Positions 21,556 to 32,721 of a stretch of DNA of 64,000 nucleotides are shown piece by piece. Origin of the DNA: Prochlorococcus sp. AG-347-J20. Lineage in GTDB: Bacteria; Cyanobacteriota; Cyanobacteriia; PCC-6307; Cyanobiaceae. The notes below the pieces were generated by a model. The model worked only from the letters and a program-made list of their open reading frames with translations. It was not told the origin of the DNA and made no database searches. How positions within the stretch are numbered: position 1 is the first letter of the stretch; each line of letters opens with the position of its first letter. The DNA is taken from NCBI GenBank assembly GCA_003281485.1, contig QCBW01000008.1:2925-66924 (forward strand), given 5' to 3'. A program made the position numbers and the translations under genes.

Positions 21556-24129
21556 ATGAAGAATTTGGAAACATTGCTAAAAGATTATTCGAGTCACGTA
21601 GCTGAAAGAGCTTCCAAAGGAATACCTCCTTTACCTTTGAATGCTGAGCAAACAAATTGTATTACAAATTTATTAGAACAAGATAGTGGTTACGATTCAT
21701 CATATTTACTTGATTTACTAATAAACAGAGTACCACCAGGAGTTGATGAAGCTGCTTATATAAAAGCAAGCTGGCTTACAGCTATTGTTAATTCCGAAAA
21801 ATATTGCAAATCGATTAACCCTGAAAAAGCAATTGAAATTCTTGGAACAATGATTGGCGGATATAATGTAAATTCACTTGTTGAAATACTTAAAGGAGAA
21901 AATAATTTACTAGCTAAAAAGGCAGCAGAAGTTTTAAAAGATATTATTCTTGTTTACGATTCCTATAACGAAATTTATGAATTATCTAAAAATAATATTT
22001 ATGCAAAAGAGGTATTAAATAGTTGGGCAAATGCAGAGTGGTTTAAAAATAAAAAAGTTTTAGAAAAAGAAATTACTTGTTTAGTATTTAAAGTTGATGG
22101 GGAGACAAACACAGACGACTTATCTCCAGCCGTGCATGCAACAACACGCCCGGATATACCAATGCACGCATTGGCCATGCTGGAATTTAAAAAACCAGAT
22201 GGACTAGAGATTCTCGATAATTTAAAAAAACAAAATTTACCAATAGCTTATGTAGGAGATGTTGTTGGGACAGGGAGTTCTAGAAAATCTGCTATTAATT
22301 CACTTATTTGGCATATTGGTGATGATATCCCTTTTGTTCCAAACAAAAAAACAGGTGGAATAATAATTGGCAGCAAAATAGCCCCGATTTTCTTTAATAC
22401 TGCAGAAGATTCTGGAGCTTTGCCTATAGAAGCTGACGTATCTAATATGAAAACAGGAGATATTATTAAAATATATCCTTACGAAGGTATTATAAAAAAA
22501 ATAAAAAAAGATACAAATTCAGAAGAAGTAATAAGCAAATTCGACTTATGCCCATCAACTCTTACTGATGAAATTCAAGCTGGAGGGAGAATTAATCTTA
22601 TGATTGGAAGATCTCTCACTGACAAAATTAGAAATAAATTAAATTTTCAACCGAGTGAAATATTTATCCGGCCACAAAATCCAACAGAAAGCAATTCCGG
22701 CTTTACTCAAGCTCAAAAAATCGTAGGAAAAGCATGCGGTTTAGATGGAGTTAGGCCAGGAATGACCTGTGAACCAATTATGACCACAGTTGGCAGTCAA
22801 GATACTACTGGACCAATGACTAGGGATGAACTAAAAGAACTAGCTTGTTTGGGATTTACTGCAGATTTAGTGATGCAAAGTTTTTGTCATACTGCTGCAT
22901 ATCCTAAACCAGTAGATTTAGTTACACATAAAGAATTACCTGATTTCATATCTCAAAGAGGTGGAGTAGCTCTTAAACCTGGAGACGGCATAATTCACAG
23001 TTGGCTTAACAGAATGCTTCTCCCTGATACTGTTGGCACAGGTGGAGATAGTCATACAAGATTCCCTCTTGGCATTTCATTTCCTGGAGGCTCGGGTATT
23101 GTTGCCTTTGCCGCTGCAATAGGATCAATGCCACTAAATATGCCGGAATCTGTGCTAGTTAAATTTAAGGGACAATTATTACCGGGAATTACTCTTAGAG
23201 ATTTAGTTAATGCAATCCCTCTCTTCGCAATAAAAAAAGGACTTTTAACTGTTGAGAAAGCAAATAAGAAAAATATTTTTAACGGGAAAATTATGGAAAT
23301 TGAGGGATTGCCTAATCTAAAACTTGAACAAGCTTTTGAACTCACCGATGCAACTGCAGAACGTTCATGTGCTGGTAGCACAATACTTTTATCCCAGGAA
23401 ACTGTTCAAGAATACTTAAAAAGTAATATTTGCCTTCTTGAAAAAATGATTGAGAGCAATTATGAAGATTCAAAATCGATTTCAAGAAGAATAAATGATA
23501 TGAAAAATTGGTTAAAAAAACCTGAACTAATACAACCAGATACAAACGCTCAGTATGAAGAAATTATCGAAATTGATTTAGCAAAAGTAACTCAACCTAT
23601 AGTTGCTTGCCCTAATGATCCAGACAACGTAAAGGAGATTGCCGATGTTGCCAATACAAATATTGATGAAGTTTTCATAGGTTCTTGCATGACAAATATT
23701 GGTCATTACAGAGCAGCTGCAAAAGTTCTTGAAGGTATTCAAAATTTAAAAGCTAAATTATGGATTTGTCCGCCTACAAAAATGGATGAAGAAACTCTAA
23801 AAGCTGAAGGGTATTATAAAATATTCGAAAATTGTGGTGCAAGATTAGAGTTGCCAGGCTGTTCTTTGTGTATGGGAAATCAAGCTAGAGTAGATGAAGG
23901 ATCTGTAGTATTTTCTACTAGTACAAGAAATTTTGACAATAGACTTGGTAAAAATGCACTAGTATTTTTAGGGAGTGCTGAATTAGCAGCTGTTTGTGCA
24001 CTTCTCGGGAGAATCCCTGAAGTAGAAGAATATCAGGATATTACTAAAAATAAAATTAATCCATATTCAGATGAACTTTATCGTTATCTTCAATTTGATG
24101 AAATACACGATTTCAGTTTGTCAAAATAA
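21556..24129 (+). CDS. acnB: Aconitate hydratase 2 / 2-methylisocitrate dehydratase
   Basis: 857 aa. AcnB-specific N-terminal HEAT-like plus swivel arrangement and Fe-S ligand motifs (GSCMTN, CSLCMGNQ). Confidence 0.96.
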   Translation: MKNLETLLKDYSSHVAERASKGIPPLPLNAEQTNCITNLLEQDSGYDSSYLLDLLINRVPPGVDEAAYIKASWLTAIVNSEKYCKSINPEKAIEILGTMIGGYNVNSLVEILKGENNLLAKKAAEVLKDIILVYDSYNEIYELSKNNIYAKEVLNSWANAEWFKNKKVLEKEITCLVFKVDGETNTDDLSPAVHATTRPDIPMHALAMLEFKKPDGLEILDNLKKQNLPIAYVGDVVGTGSSRKSAINSLIWHIGDDIPFVPNKKTGGIIIGSKIAPIFFNTAEDSGALPIEADVSNMKTGDIIKIYPYEGIIKKIKKDTNSEEVISKFDLCPSTLTDEIQAGGRINLMIGRSLTDKIRNKLNFQPSEIFIRPQNPTESNSGFTQAQKIVGKACGLDGVRPGMTCEPIMTTVGSQDTTGPMTRDELKELACLGFTADLVMQSFCHTAAYPKPVDLVTHKELPDFISQRGGVALKPGDGIIHSWLNRMLLPDTVGTGGDSHTRFPLGISFPGGSGIVAFAAAIGSMPLNMPESVLVKFKGQLLPGITLRDLVNAIPLFAIKKGLLTVEKANKKNIFNGKIMEIEGLPNLKLEQAFELTDATAERSCAGSTILLSQETVQEYLKSNICLLEKMIESNYEDSKSISRRINDMKNWLKKPELIQPDTNAQYEEIIEIDLAKVTQPIVACPNDPDNVKEIADVANTNIDEVFIGSCMTNIGHYRAAAKVLEGIQNLKAKLWICPPTKMDEETLKAEGYYKIFENCGARLELPGCSLCMGNQARVDEGSVVFSTSTRNFDNRLGKNALVFLGSAELAAVCALLGRIPEVEEYQDITKNKINPYSDELYRYLQFDEIHDFSLSK

Positions 24130-24138
24130 TCATGGATT

Positions 24139-25497
24139 ATGCAAAACCTTATAAAAGAAAATATTCAAAAAACCAGTAATAGTTCTTCTCGCAGTATTAA
24201 AAAATTATTAAAACAAAGATCTCTAGTCGTTGCATTGTCGCTTTTATTTACAGGGTTAGGAGCTTCAATTACAAGCATATTTTTTAAAACTGGAATCTAC
24301 TTTATAAATAATTGGAGATTAGCCCTTTTAGAACAATTACCATCAATTACAGTGTTGCCAATTTTTGGAGCTATAGGAGGAGCAATTGCGGGATATTTGA
24401 TCAAAAATATTGCACCTGCAGCGAAAGGTTCAGGTGTGAGTCAAATTATGGGTTTTTTAAGGCATAAAAAAGTGCCAATGAATTTAAAAGTAGGATTAGT
24501 AAAGCTTGTATCAGGAATTATCGCTATTGGTAGTGGATTCCCATTAGGTCCAGAGGGTCCATCAGTTCAAATGGGAGGATCAGTTGCTTGGCAAATGGCC
24601 AAATGGCTCAAAGCTCCTACAGCATTTAGAAGAGTAATAGTTGCAGCAGGTGGTGGTGCTGGAATTGCTGCAGTATTTAGCGCTCCATTAGGGGGGTTTG
24701 TTTATGCAATAGAAGAGCTATTAAACTCTGCTAGGCCAGTAATTTTGCTATTAGTTGTAATTACAACTTTCATTGCAGATTCATCCGCAGATATTATTCA
24801 AGCCTTGGGTTTAGATCCTAAAGCAGGAGGCTTTGATTTTAACCTCGGATTTTTGATTCAAAAAGAATATGACCCATCAGTTTTTTTCTTACCTATAGAT
24901 TTTTTATACCTTGTTTTACTAGGAATAATTATTGGGATCTTTGCAGAACTTTACAGCAGATATGTTTTGTTAATGCAAAATCTTGGGAAAAAGTGGTATA
25001 AAAATAAATTTGTTTTAAAAATGAGTATTTGTGGACTAATTTTAGGAAGTATCTACTCTTTTTTACCTAGTACATTTCATAATTTAGATGAATTACAGAA
25101 AATAATAGCTGAGCAAAATACAAGTATTGAAATTGCTTTGTTAGCAGTTTTAGTATTATTTATCACGACAGGTTTAGCTGCGGCATCTGGAGCTCCTGGA
25201 GGATTATTCTATCCCATGCTTACTTTGGGAGGGTCAATCGGACTAATAATGGGTAGCTGGGTAGAAATTGCAACAGGACATGCACCTAGTACATACATTT
25301 TTGCGGGAATGGGAGCTTTCGTGGCAGGATGTTCTCGAACCCCAATTACAGCAATGTTTTTAGCTTTTGCCTTGACAAAAAATTTATTAATAATGAAACC
25401 TGTTTTAATCAGCTGTATTGCCAGCTTCTTGATAGCAAGAGCGTTTAATGAAGAGTCAATTTATGAAAGACAAATACAAATAGAATTAGAAGACTAG
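24139..25497 (+). CDS. ClC-family voltage-gated chloride channel / Cl-/H+ antiporter
   Basis: Selectivity-filter motifs KGSGVSQI, GPEGPSVQ and GGLFYP in a multi-pass membrane protein. Confidence 0.88.
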   Translation: MQNLIKENIQKTSNSSSRSIKKLLKQRSLVVALSLLFTGLGASITSIFFKTGIYFINNWRLALLEQLPSITVLPIFGAIGGAIAGYLIKNIAPAAKGSGVSQIMGFLRHKKVPMNLKVGLVKLVSGIIAIGSGFPLGPEGPSVQMGGSVAWQMAKWLKAPTAFRRVIVAAGGGAGIAAVFSAPLGGFVYAIEELLNSARPVILLLVVITTFIADSSADIIQALGLDPKAGGFDFNLGFLIQKEYDPSVFFLPIDFLYLVLLGIIIGIFAELYSRYVLLMQNLGKKWYKNKFVLKMSICGLILGSIYSFLPSTFHNLDELQKIIAEQNTSIEIALLAVLVLFITTGLAAASGAPGGLFYPMLTLGGSIGLIMGSWVEIATGHAPSTYIFAGMGAFVAGCSRTPITAMFLAFALTKNLLIMKPVLISCIASFLIARAFNEESIYERQIQIELED

Positions 25498-25507
25498 AAA
25501 ATTATTT

Positions 25508-26362
25508 TCAATCAAAAACAGCAGTTTTGCTGTTATAAACAAATACTTGATGATTTAGATGTAATCTAACCGCTCTCGCTAAAGCAATTCTTTCAATATC
25601 TCTTCCTTTTCTAATCAAATCTTCAACTTCATCCCTATGACTCACATTTACTGTGCACTGCTCTATTATCGGACCTTCATCAAGATCTTCAGTGACATAG
25701 TGGGCAGTAGCACCAATTAATTTAACACCCCTCTTCCATGCTCGATGATATGGTTGCGCGCCTTTAAATGCAGGTAAGAAAGAATGATGGATATTGATTA
25801 TTGAAGAAAACTTTTTTAAAAAAGAGTTACTCAAAATTTGCATATATTTAGCTAATACAACAAGATCAATTTCATACTCTTTTAGTAAACTTAAAAATTG
25901 ATCTTCGACAATAGATTTATCACTATTAAAGGTATCAAAATGGACAAATTTTGCATTAAAGTCATTTGCAATATTTTCAAGATCAGTATGATTTGAAATT
26001 ATTAAGGGCACTTTCATTTTGAGTTCACCATTTCTTACTCGCCAAAGCAAATCAATCAAACAATGATTTTGTTTACTCACGAAAATAGCAACATTTGGAA
26101 TTTCATCAGAATAATTTACGTTAAATTTTCCATTTACTTTATCTGCAATTTTTTCAAATTCCTTATAAATTTCATCTTTATTAAAAGATGCCTTATTACT
26201 ATTCCATTCAATTCGACTAAGAAACAATCCTGCATCTTGATCTGTATGATGATCAGAATGCTTGATATTACCACCATAATTTGAAATCCAACTTGTAAGT
26301 AAACTTACAAGACCAGGACGATCGGGACAGACAATTTTGAATATAATTGAAGGATGTTCCAA
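25508..26362 (-). CDS. purU: Formyltetrahydrofolate deformylase
   Basis: N-terminal ACT domain (CPDRPGLVS) plus a formyltransferase domain (IINIHHSFLPAFKGA). Confidence 0.93.
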   Translation of the reverse strand: MEHPSIIFKIVCPDRPGLVSLLTSWISNYGGNIKHSDHHTDQDAGLFLSRIEWNSNKASFNKDEIYKEFEKIADKVNGKFNVNYSDEIPNVAIFVSKQNHCLIDLLWRVRNGELKMKVPLIISNHTDLENIANDFNAKFVHFDTFNSDKSIVEDQFLSLLKEYEIDLVVLAKYMQILSNSFLKKFSSIINIHHSFLPAFKGAQPYHRAWKRGVKLIGATAHYVTEDLDEGPIIEQCTVNVSHRDEVEDLIRKGRDIERIALARAVRLHLNHQVFVYNSKTAVFD

Positions 26363-26409
26363 AAAATCTTTAACTATTAATCAAGTAAGGAATCATATCT
26401 AATATATCA

Positions 26410-27492
26410 ATGAAAAGCTTAAAAGAAAATTTTAAAAAAGCACACATAGTTATTATTGGATCGGGAATTATTGGAAAATTTAATGCCTTAGAATTGTCAG
26501 AATTAGGCTTTCGGATAACAATAATAGATCCAGCTGAAGAAAAAAATAGTAGTAATGCAGCTTTAGGCATACTTATGGGTAACATGTACCAAAAAAAGAA
26601 AGGTAGAAGTTGGGATCTCAGGAAGCAAAGTATTGAATTATGGCCAAAATGGATTGAATTTCTGCAAAAATTTAATTTTGAATTAAAAATTAAAAAACCA
26701 CTAATACAACTAACTACGAATGAAGAAAAGTTTAAAAAATTGGAGAAATTTATTTATGAAAATAATGACCATAACTTACAAATTTTACAGAAAGACTCAA
26801 TTATTGTTAAGAAAATAAGTAAAGCATTTCAAACAAAAAATATAAAGGGAATGATATCTTTCAAAGATGGAAGAATAAATGCTGTATCTTTACTAAAAAC
26901 GTTAAATAAATGTCTAAAAAACAAAAAAATAAATTTTGTGTATGAAGAAATAATAAAAATCAGAAAATCCAACAATCAATGGTTTTCTACAACAAAAAAC
27001 TATAGAGATATCAAATCTGACATCGTTATTTTGTGTAATTCTTTAAAAGCGATTGATTTAATAGATAATCTAACTCACAAAATTAAATTAAAACCTGTTT
27101 TAGGTCAAGCTATAGAAGTTGGAATAAATGATGAAGAAGTTGATTTATTAACACTTCCAAAACAATTCAATATAAATGGCAAAAATATAATTCCAATATC
27201 TAAAAACAAACTTATTATTGGTTCAACGGATGAATATAGTACAAAACCAGAAAAAAATGTTTTTGAAAAAATTACAAATTTTCTGGATAATAAACCAAAT
27301 TGGCTTATTAACGGTCAAGTCACAAAAAAGTGGTTTGGAGTAAGGTCCAGGCCTGAAGGTGAACCTTCACCAATAATGAAAAATTTGGGAGATGGACTAA
27401 TTATATGTACAGGTTTTTATAAAAATGGAATTTTACTAGCGCCTGCTTGTTCTAAATGGGTAGCCAATGAAATTAAAAATTACTTTTCCTAA
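26410..27492 (+). CDS. FAD-dependent oxidoreductase, DAO family (ThiO/glycine-oxidase-like)
   Basis: N-terminal Rossmann motif VIIGSGIIG and DAO-family length and architecture. The specific substrate cannot be assigned from sequence alone. Confidence 0.7.
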   Translation: MKSLKENFKKAHIVIIGSGIIGKFNALELSELGFRITIIDPAEEKNSSNAALGILMGNMYQKKKGRSWDLRKQSIELWPKWIEFLQKFNFELKIKKPLIQLTTNEEKFKKLEKFIYENNDHNLQILQKDSIIVKKISKAFQTKNIKGMISFKDGRINAVSLLKTLNKCLKNKKINFVYEEIIKIRKSNNQWFSTTKNYRDIKSDIVILCNSLKAIDLIDNLTHKIKLKPVLGQAIEVGINDEEVDLLTLPKQFNINGKNIIPISKNKLIIGSTDEYSTKPEKNVFEKITNFLDNKPNWLINGQVTKKWFGVRSRPEGEPSPIMKNLGDGLIICTGFYKNGILLAPACSKWVANEIKNYFS

Positions 27493-29396
27493 TCTTTTGT
27501 TTCAGTAAAGTCTGCATCAATTACATCATCTCCACCTTTATCATTTGATTCAGTCTGATCAGGACCGTTCGCTGAACCAGGGGTTGGAGGCTGATTGCCT
27601 GGCTGCTGATAAACAGACGAACCAACTGCATAAAGTTCTTGCTGAAGCTCTTCAAGGAGTTTCTTCATTGATTCATAATCTTCTTTTGATGTTGCCTCTT
27701 TTAGAGCATTACTTTTTTCTTCAACCTTAGCCTTTACTGCAGCATCAATTTTATCTCCCAATTCCCCAAGTTGCTTTTCTGTCTGATAAACGAGTGTTTC
27801 AGCTTGGTTCTTTAAATCAATTTTTTCTCTTTTTTCTTTATCTGCTGATGCATTTGATTCTGCATCTTTAACCATTTTTTCAACCTCATTATCAGATAAA
27901 GTAGAAGCGCCAGTGATAGATATACTTTGCTCTTTACCGCTTCCTTTGTCTTTAGCGGTAACACTAAGAATTCCATTTGCATCAATATCAAACGTTACTT
28001 CAATTTGAGGAACACCTCTTGGAGCCGATGGAATACCATCCAATCTAAAAGTTCCTAAACTTTTGTTATCCGATGCCATTTCTCTTTCACCCTGTAGTAC
28101 ATGTATTTCAACATTAGTTTGTCCATCTACAGCGGTTGAATATGTCTCAGATTTCTTAGTAGGAACTGTAGTATTTCTATTTATCATTTTTGTCATAACC
28201 CCACCTAAAGTTTCTACACCTAAAGAAAGTGGAGTAACATCAAGCAACAATATATCTTTAACTTCACCAGCTAAGACTCCTCCTTGAATAGCTGCTCCAA
28301 CTGCAACTACTTCATCAGGGTTAACAGTTTGATTTGGTTCTTTACCTATAATTTTTTTTACTAAATCTAAAACTGCAGGTATCCTTGATGAACCGCCTAC
28401 CATCACAACTTCATCAATTTCACTAGTAGAAATTTTTGCATCGCTAATAGCTCTCTCAACAGGAGTTTTGCACCTATCAATTAAAGAAGCTGCTAACTCC
28501 TCAAACTTTGCTCTAGTTAGGTTCAAATCCAAATGTTTTGGACCTTCAGGGGTCGCTGTGATAAACGGCAAATTTATTTCACTTTGAGTAGCATTTGACA
28601 ACTCAATTTTAGCTTTTTCTGCTGCTTCAGTAAGTCGCTGTAAAGCCTGCTTATCTTGTCTAAGATCAATTCCCTCATTCGATTTAAAGGTACTTGCTAA
28701 ATGGTCGACAATACACCTATCAAAATCATCACCACCTAAATGTGTATCCCCAGATGTTGATAGAACTTCGGTTACTCCATCACCAGCTTCAATGACAGAG
28801 ACGTCAAACGTTCCTCCCCCTAAATCAAATACAAGAATTTTTTCATTTTCTTTGTCCAAACCATATGCTAAAGCCGCAGCTGTTGGCTCGTTGACAATTC
28901 TAAGAACTTCTAAACCTGCAATCTTTCCTGCGTCTTTTGTAGCCTGTCTCTGAGAGTCATTAAAATAAGCAGGAACAGTTATTACAGCCTGTGTAACTTT
29001 TTCACCAAGGTATTTACCCGCATCATCTGCTAACTTTCTTAGAACTTGAGAACTTACTTCTTCAGGAGAAAACTGCTTATCCAGAATAGGACACTTTAAT
29101 TTGACACTAGAACCAGATTTTTCAACGGAATAACTCACTTCTTTAGATTCTTCATTTACTTCATCAACTCTTCTTCCAACAAAACGCTTTGCAGAGTAAA
29201 AAGTGTTTTCAGGATTCATAACAGCTTGTCTTTTAGCAATTTGTCCAACTAGCTGATCTTGATTTTTTGTATATGCAACAACTGATGGAGTAGTCCTGAA
29301 ACCTTCAGCATTTGCTATTACAGTGGGTTTACCACCTTCCATTACAGCGACACAACTATTAGTTGTTCCTAAATCAATTCCTACAACTTTCCCCAT
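27489..29396 (-). CDS. dnaK: Molecular chaperone DnaK (Hsp70)
   Basis: 635 aa. [17 protein letters not shown] and [12 protein letters not shown]-type motifs, with an acidic C-terminal tail. Confidence 0.97.
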   Translation of the reverse strand: MGKVVGIDLGTTNSCVAVMEGGKPTVIANAEGFRTTPSVVAYTKNQDQLVGQIAKRQAVMNPENTFYSAKRFVGRRVDEVNEESKEVSYSVEKSGSSVKLKCPILDKQFSPEEVSSQVLRKLADDAGKYLGEKVTQAVITVPAYFNDSQRQATKDAGKIAGLEVLRIVNEPTAAALAYGLDKENEKILVFDLGGGTFDVSVIEAGDGVTEVLSTSGDTHLGGDDFDRCIVDHLASTFKSNEGIDLRQDKQALQRLTEAAEKAKIELSNATQSEINLPFITATPEGPKHLDLNLTRAKFEELAASLIDRCKTPVERAISDAKISTSEIDEVVMVGGSSRIPAVLDLVKKIIGKEPNQTVNPDEVVAVGAAIQGGVLAGEVKDILLLDVTPLSLGVETLGGVMTKMINRNTTVPTKKSETYSTAVDGQTNVEIHVLQGEREMASDNKSLGTFRLDGIPSAPRGVPQIEVTFDIDANGILSVTAKDKGSGKEQSISITGASTLSDNEVEKMVKDAESNASADKEKREKIDLKNQAETLVYQTEKQLGELGDKIDAAVKAKVEEKSNALKEATSKEDYESMKKLLEELQQELYAVGSSVYQQPGNQPPTPGSANGPDQTESNDKGGDDVIDADFTETKD

Positions 29397-29513
29397 GGGT
29401 AAAATCTTTTATTCAATATTCTCCATAATCGGTCATCGGCGTCATTATTGTTACTCAAAGACGGGGTGTGGTTCCCGAACAGATTGTTACTTTTTAAGAA
29501 AAGAATTCTAAAC

Positions 29514-30374
29514 ATGATTTCAAGTAAGACGTCTTTTATTGCATTAATCGGCAATCCAGTAAACCATTCATTATCACCGATTATTCAGAATGCTGCCCTT
29601 CAATACTTGGGATTAGATTTGATTTATATTGCTATACCTTGCAAAGAGGAGGATCTAGAATTGGTGCTAAATTCTTTGAAAAAAATTAATTGCAAAGGTT
29701 TAAATATTACAATTCCCCACAAAGAAAAAGTATTTAAGCTCTGTAGTGAAATTTCCCCTATAGCACACAAACTGAAAGCAATTAATACTCTAAAATTAAA
29801 TCCCGAAAAAGAATGGAGCGCAACTAATACAGATGTAGAAGGATTTATTTATCCTTTAAAGGCCTTAAAATTAGCAAAAAAACAATCAATCGTTCTTGGC
29901 TCAGGAGGTGCAGCACGATCAGTTATTCAAGGTTTAATAGATTTAAATCTTTCAAAAATTTCAGTAGTATCACGAAACAAATCATCACTAGATGAATTAA
30001 TAAAAAATTTTGAAAATCAAATTGAACTTCAGGGTGTTTTAAATAATGATAATCTTGCTCAAAATTTAATTGAAGAGACAGATTTGATTGTAAATACAAC
30101 ACCAGTAGGAATGAAAACAGCTAATCATAAAATGAATGTATTGCCATATGGGGAGTCTTTTTGGAGATCTCTTAACTCAAAAACAATTGTTTATGATTTA
30201 ATCTACAATCCTGCCCCAACTCATCTATTGAAATTTAGCGCCAAAAAAGGATGCATGACCATCGATGGTTTGCAAATGCTTGTTGCTCAGGGATTGAAAT
30301 CATTATCATTTTGGACGAATGGCTTAGAAGTACCTTTTCATATTATGAATGACGCACTCAAAAATTATATTTAG
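29514..30374 (+). CDS. aroE: Shikimate 5-dehydrogenase
   Basis: IGNPVNHSLSP, NITIPHK and GSGGAARS motifs. The start was trimmed from 29448 to ATG 29514, which gives the canonical N-terminus. Confidence 0.9.
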   Translation: MISSKTSFIALIGNPVNHSLSPIIQNAALQYLGLDLIYIAIPCKEEDLELVLNSLKKINCKGLNITIPHKEKVFKLCSEISPIAHKLKAINTLKLNPEKEWSATNTDVEGFIYPLKALKLAKKQSIVLGSGGAARSVIQGLIDLNLSKISVVSRNKSSLDELIKNFENQIELQGVLNNDNLAQNLIEETDLIVNTTPVGMKTANHKMNVLPYGESFWRSLNSKTIVYDLIYNPAPTHLLKFSAKKGCMTIDGLQMLVAQGLKSLSFWTNGLEVPFHIMNDALKNYI

Positions 30375-30478
30375 AATAAATAATGGTAATTTTAAGGAAC
30401 TGCACATCATGATGTATCGTTAAAGATGAACAGACGCTCATTACGTCAATTTATGAGCCAAAGACCTTGTCTGAAATT

Positions 30479-30940
30479 ATGACCAATCAACAATCTTATT
30501 ACGAAACCATGTACATCCTCCGCCCAGATATTGCGGAAGATGAAGTAACTAACCACATTGATAAATACAATAAGCTTTTAGAAGATTTTGGCGGAACTAT
30601 CCTCGATAGTCAAATGAGGGGTAAAAGAAGATTAGCCTATCAAATAGCAAAACATAGAGAAGGTATTTACGTCCAACTAAGTCATCAAGGTGATGGACAA
30701 CATATTTTCAAAATTGAAAAAGCAATGAGACTTAGTGAAGATGTCATAAGGTATATGACTGTTAAGCAAGAAGGACCTTTGCCAAGCCCAAGACCTTCTA
30801 CTAAGAGTTCAACTAAAACTGATAACAAAGAGACTCCAGAAACTAAAGTTGAATCTAAAGAAAAACAACCAGTAGTAAGCAAAAGTAGTCCAACAACAGG
30901 AACAGGTGATGATAAAACCAAAGAAAATGTAGACTCTTAA
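30479..30940 (+). CDS. rpsF: 30S ribosomal protein S6, with a long disordered C-terminal extension
   Basis: [10 protein letters not shown] and RRLAYQI motifs. I prefer ATG 30479 over the upstream TTG 30467. Confidence 0.92.
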   Translation: MTNQQSYYETMYILRPDIAEDEVTNHIDKYNKLLEDFGGTILDSQMRGKRRLAYQIAKHREGIYVQLSHQGDGQHIFKIEKAMRLSEDVIRYMTVKQEGPLPSPRPSTKSSTKTDNKETPETKVESKEKQPVVSKSSPTTGTGDDKTKENVDS

Positions 30941-30943
30941 GTA

Positions 30944-32158
30944 TTATTTTTTTGTTTTTGAATTTAACTCAGCCCATATTTTGTTAGACATACCCCACAT
31001 ATAAATAAAGCCTTCTGCTAAGGAATGATTAAAAACATCTTCTTTACTATAAGTTGCCAAATCTTCCCTATAAAGTGAATTATTTTCCGATATTCTCCCA
31101 ATTACTATTGCATTCCCCTTATGAAGTCTAATCTTTACTCTTCCATTAACTGAATTTTGAGTCGATGAAATAAATGCATCTAAACTATCTTTAAGAGGTC
31201 CAAACCAGAAACCTTGATAGACTAGTTGACCCCATTTTTTTTCCACTATCCCTTTAAAGTCAACAACATCTGGGTTTAATGTAATGCTCTCTAATTCTTT
31301 GTGAGCTTTGATTAAAAGTAAGAGGCCAGGTGTTTCGTAAATCTCTCTACTTTTAATTCCCACTACTCGATCTTCAATCATATCTATTCTTCCAAAACCA
31401 TGCTCACCTGCAAGATCATTTGCTTTTTGAATAATCTTTACCGGAGCTAAGAATTCATCATTAATTCCAACTGGAAGCCCATTTTTAAAAACAATTTCTA
31501 TATCTTGAGGGGAATCAGGTGACTTATCAATTGATGATGTCATAGCAAATATATCTTCAGGCGCTTCTTGCATTGGGTCTTCTAAAATCCCTGCTTCAAT
31601 ACTCCTGCCGAGCAAATTAACATCTATTGAATACGGTGATTTCTTTGATACTGGTGCAGGAATACCAAATTTTTCTCCATACACTATTGCCTCTTCCCTA
31701 CTCATATTCCACTCCCTTGCAGGAGTAATTATTTTCAAATCAGGGCCTAAAGCATTAATCGCTAAATCAAATCGAACTTGATCATTGCCTTTGCCGGTAC
31801 ATCCATGAGCTACTGCATCAGCATTAATCTCTCGAGCAATATTTACGAGATTTTCGGCAATTAAAGGCCTTGCAAGAGCTGTAGATAAAGGATATTTATC
31901 TAAATATAATGCGTTTGCTCTAATAGCTGGAAAAGCGTATCTCTCGACAAAACTATCAACTAAATTACCAACGATTGATTTAGATGCGCCAGAATTTAAA
32001 GCTTTTTGCCTAATAACTTCTAAATCCTCGCCTTGTCCAAGATCTGCCACAAAAGTAACCACTTCTGAAATTCCATATTCATTCTTTAAATATGGAATAC
32101 AAACGCTCGTATCTACCCCGCCAGAATACGCTAGTACAACTTTCTTTACCTGCTGCAT
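30944..32158 (-). CDS. argG: Argininosuccinate synthase
   Basis: 404 aa with the [11 protein letters not shown]-loop and [12 protein letters not shown] motif. Confidence 0.97.
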   Translation of the reverse strand: MQQVKKVVLAYSGGVDTSVCIPYLKNEYGISEVVTFVADLGQGEDLEVIRQKALNSGASKSIVGNLVDSFVERYAFPAIRANALYLDKYPLSTALARPLIAENLVNIAREINADAVAHGCTGKGNDQVRFDLAINALGPDLKIITPAREWNMSREEAIVYGEKFGIPAPVSKKSPYSIDVNLLGRSIEAGILEDPMQEAPEDIFAMTSSIDKSPDSPQDIEIVFKNGLPVGINDEFLAPVKIIQKANDLAGEHGFGRIDMIEDRVVGIKSREIYETPGLLLLIKAHKELESITLNPDVVDFKGIVEKKWGQLVYQGFWFGPLKDSLDAFISSTQNSVNGRVKIRLHKGNAIVIGRISENNSLYREDLATYSKEDVFNHSLAEGFIYMWGMSNKIWAELNSKTKK

Positions 32159-32194
32159 CTAAATGTGCTCCATGAATTTAAATTTTTGAAGTAA

Positions 32195-32389
32195 TTAGGA
32201 ATTTGAAACCTTTTTAAAAACTAATATTATTGTAACTAAAAGAGCTGGACCAAAAACTAGTAACAAGATAAGAAAGTTATTAATTATTAAAACATTAGGA
32301 TTCAAGTATCCAATAAGTTTAAATAATCCAGAAAAAAGCAATGAAATTAGCCAGATAAAAAAGTATTTTAAATTTGCTTTATCAAACAA
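32195..32389 (-). CDS. Hypothetical small membrane protein (two hydrophobic helices)
   Basis: 64-aa ORF immediately upstream of and co-oriented with argG, with two clear hydrophobic segments. I recognise no family. Confidence 0.4.
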   Translation of the reverse strand: MFDKANLKYFFIWLISLLFSGLFKLIGYLNPNVLIINNFLILLLVFGPALLVTIILVFKKVSNS

Positions 32390-32442
32390 AGTTTTTTGAG
32401 TGCATCATTATGTATTATCTTATATATAGAACACAACCTTTA

Positions 32443-32721
32443 ATGGACCCAAATAAACTAAGACTTAGATTAAAAGATATTTCTGAAGTCAATCCCGCTT
32501 TAAGTTGCTACCACAGAAGTGATCCAGCTCCTGTTCTGCCATTAAGAGATGAGCCTGATCTGCTGTCTTGGCTTGAAACTACAGGAAGACTTGTTGCAGA
32601 AAAAGAAGGAGATTCACAAGAGATAAGTACGATAGAAGAAGAAGAACTTTCAGCGCTTATGGGAGAGAAGGAAGATTATAAGACCGAAGAAGACTCTTCA
32701 GAAGATGATTGGGAAGATTAA
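32443..32721 (+). CDS. Small acidic conserved cyanobacterial protein (DUF3134-like)
   Basis: NPAL...PAPVLPLRDEPDLLSWLETTGRLV followed by an E/D-rich tail resembles the DUF3134 family as I recall it. The start was trimmed to ATG 32443 (MDPNKL). The 3' end overlaps mraY by 17 nt. Confidence 0.55.
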   Translation: MDPNKLRLRLKDISEVNPALSCYHRSDPAPVLPLRDEPDLLSWLETTGRLVAEKEGDSQEISTIEEEELSALMGEKEDYKTEEDSSEDDWED

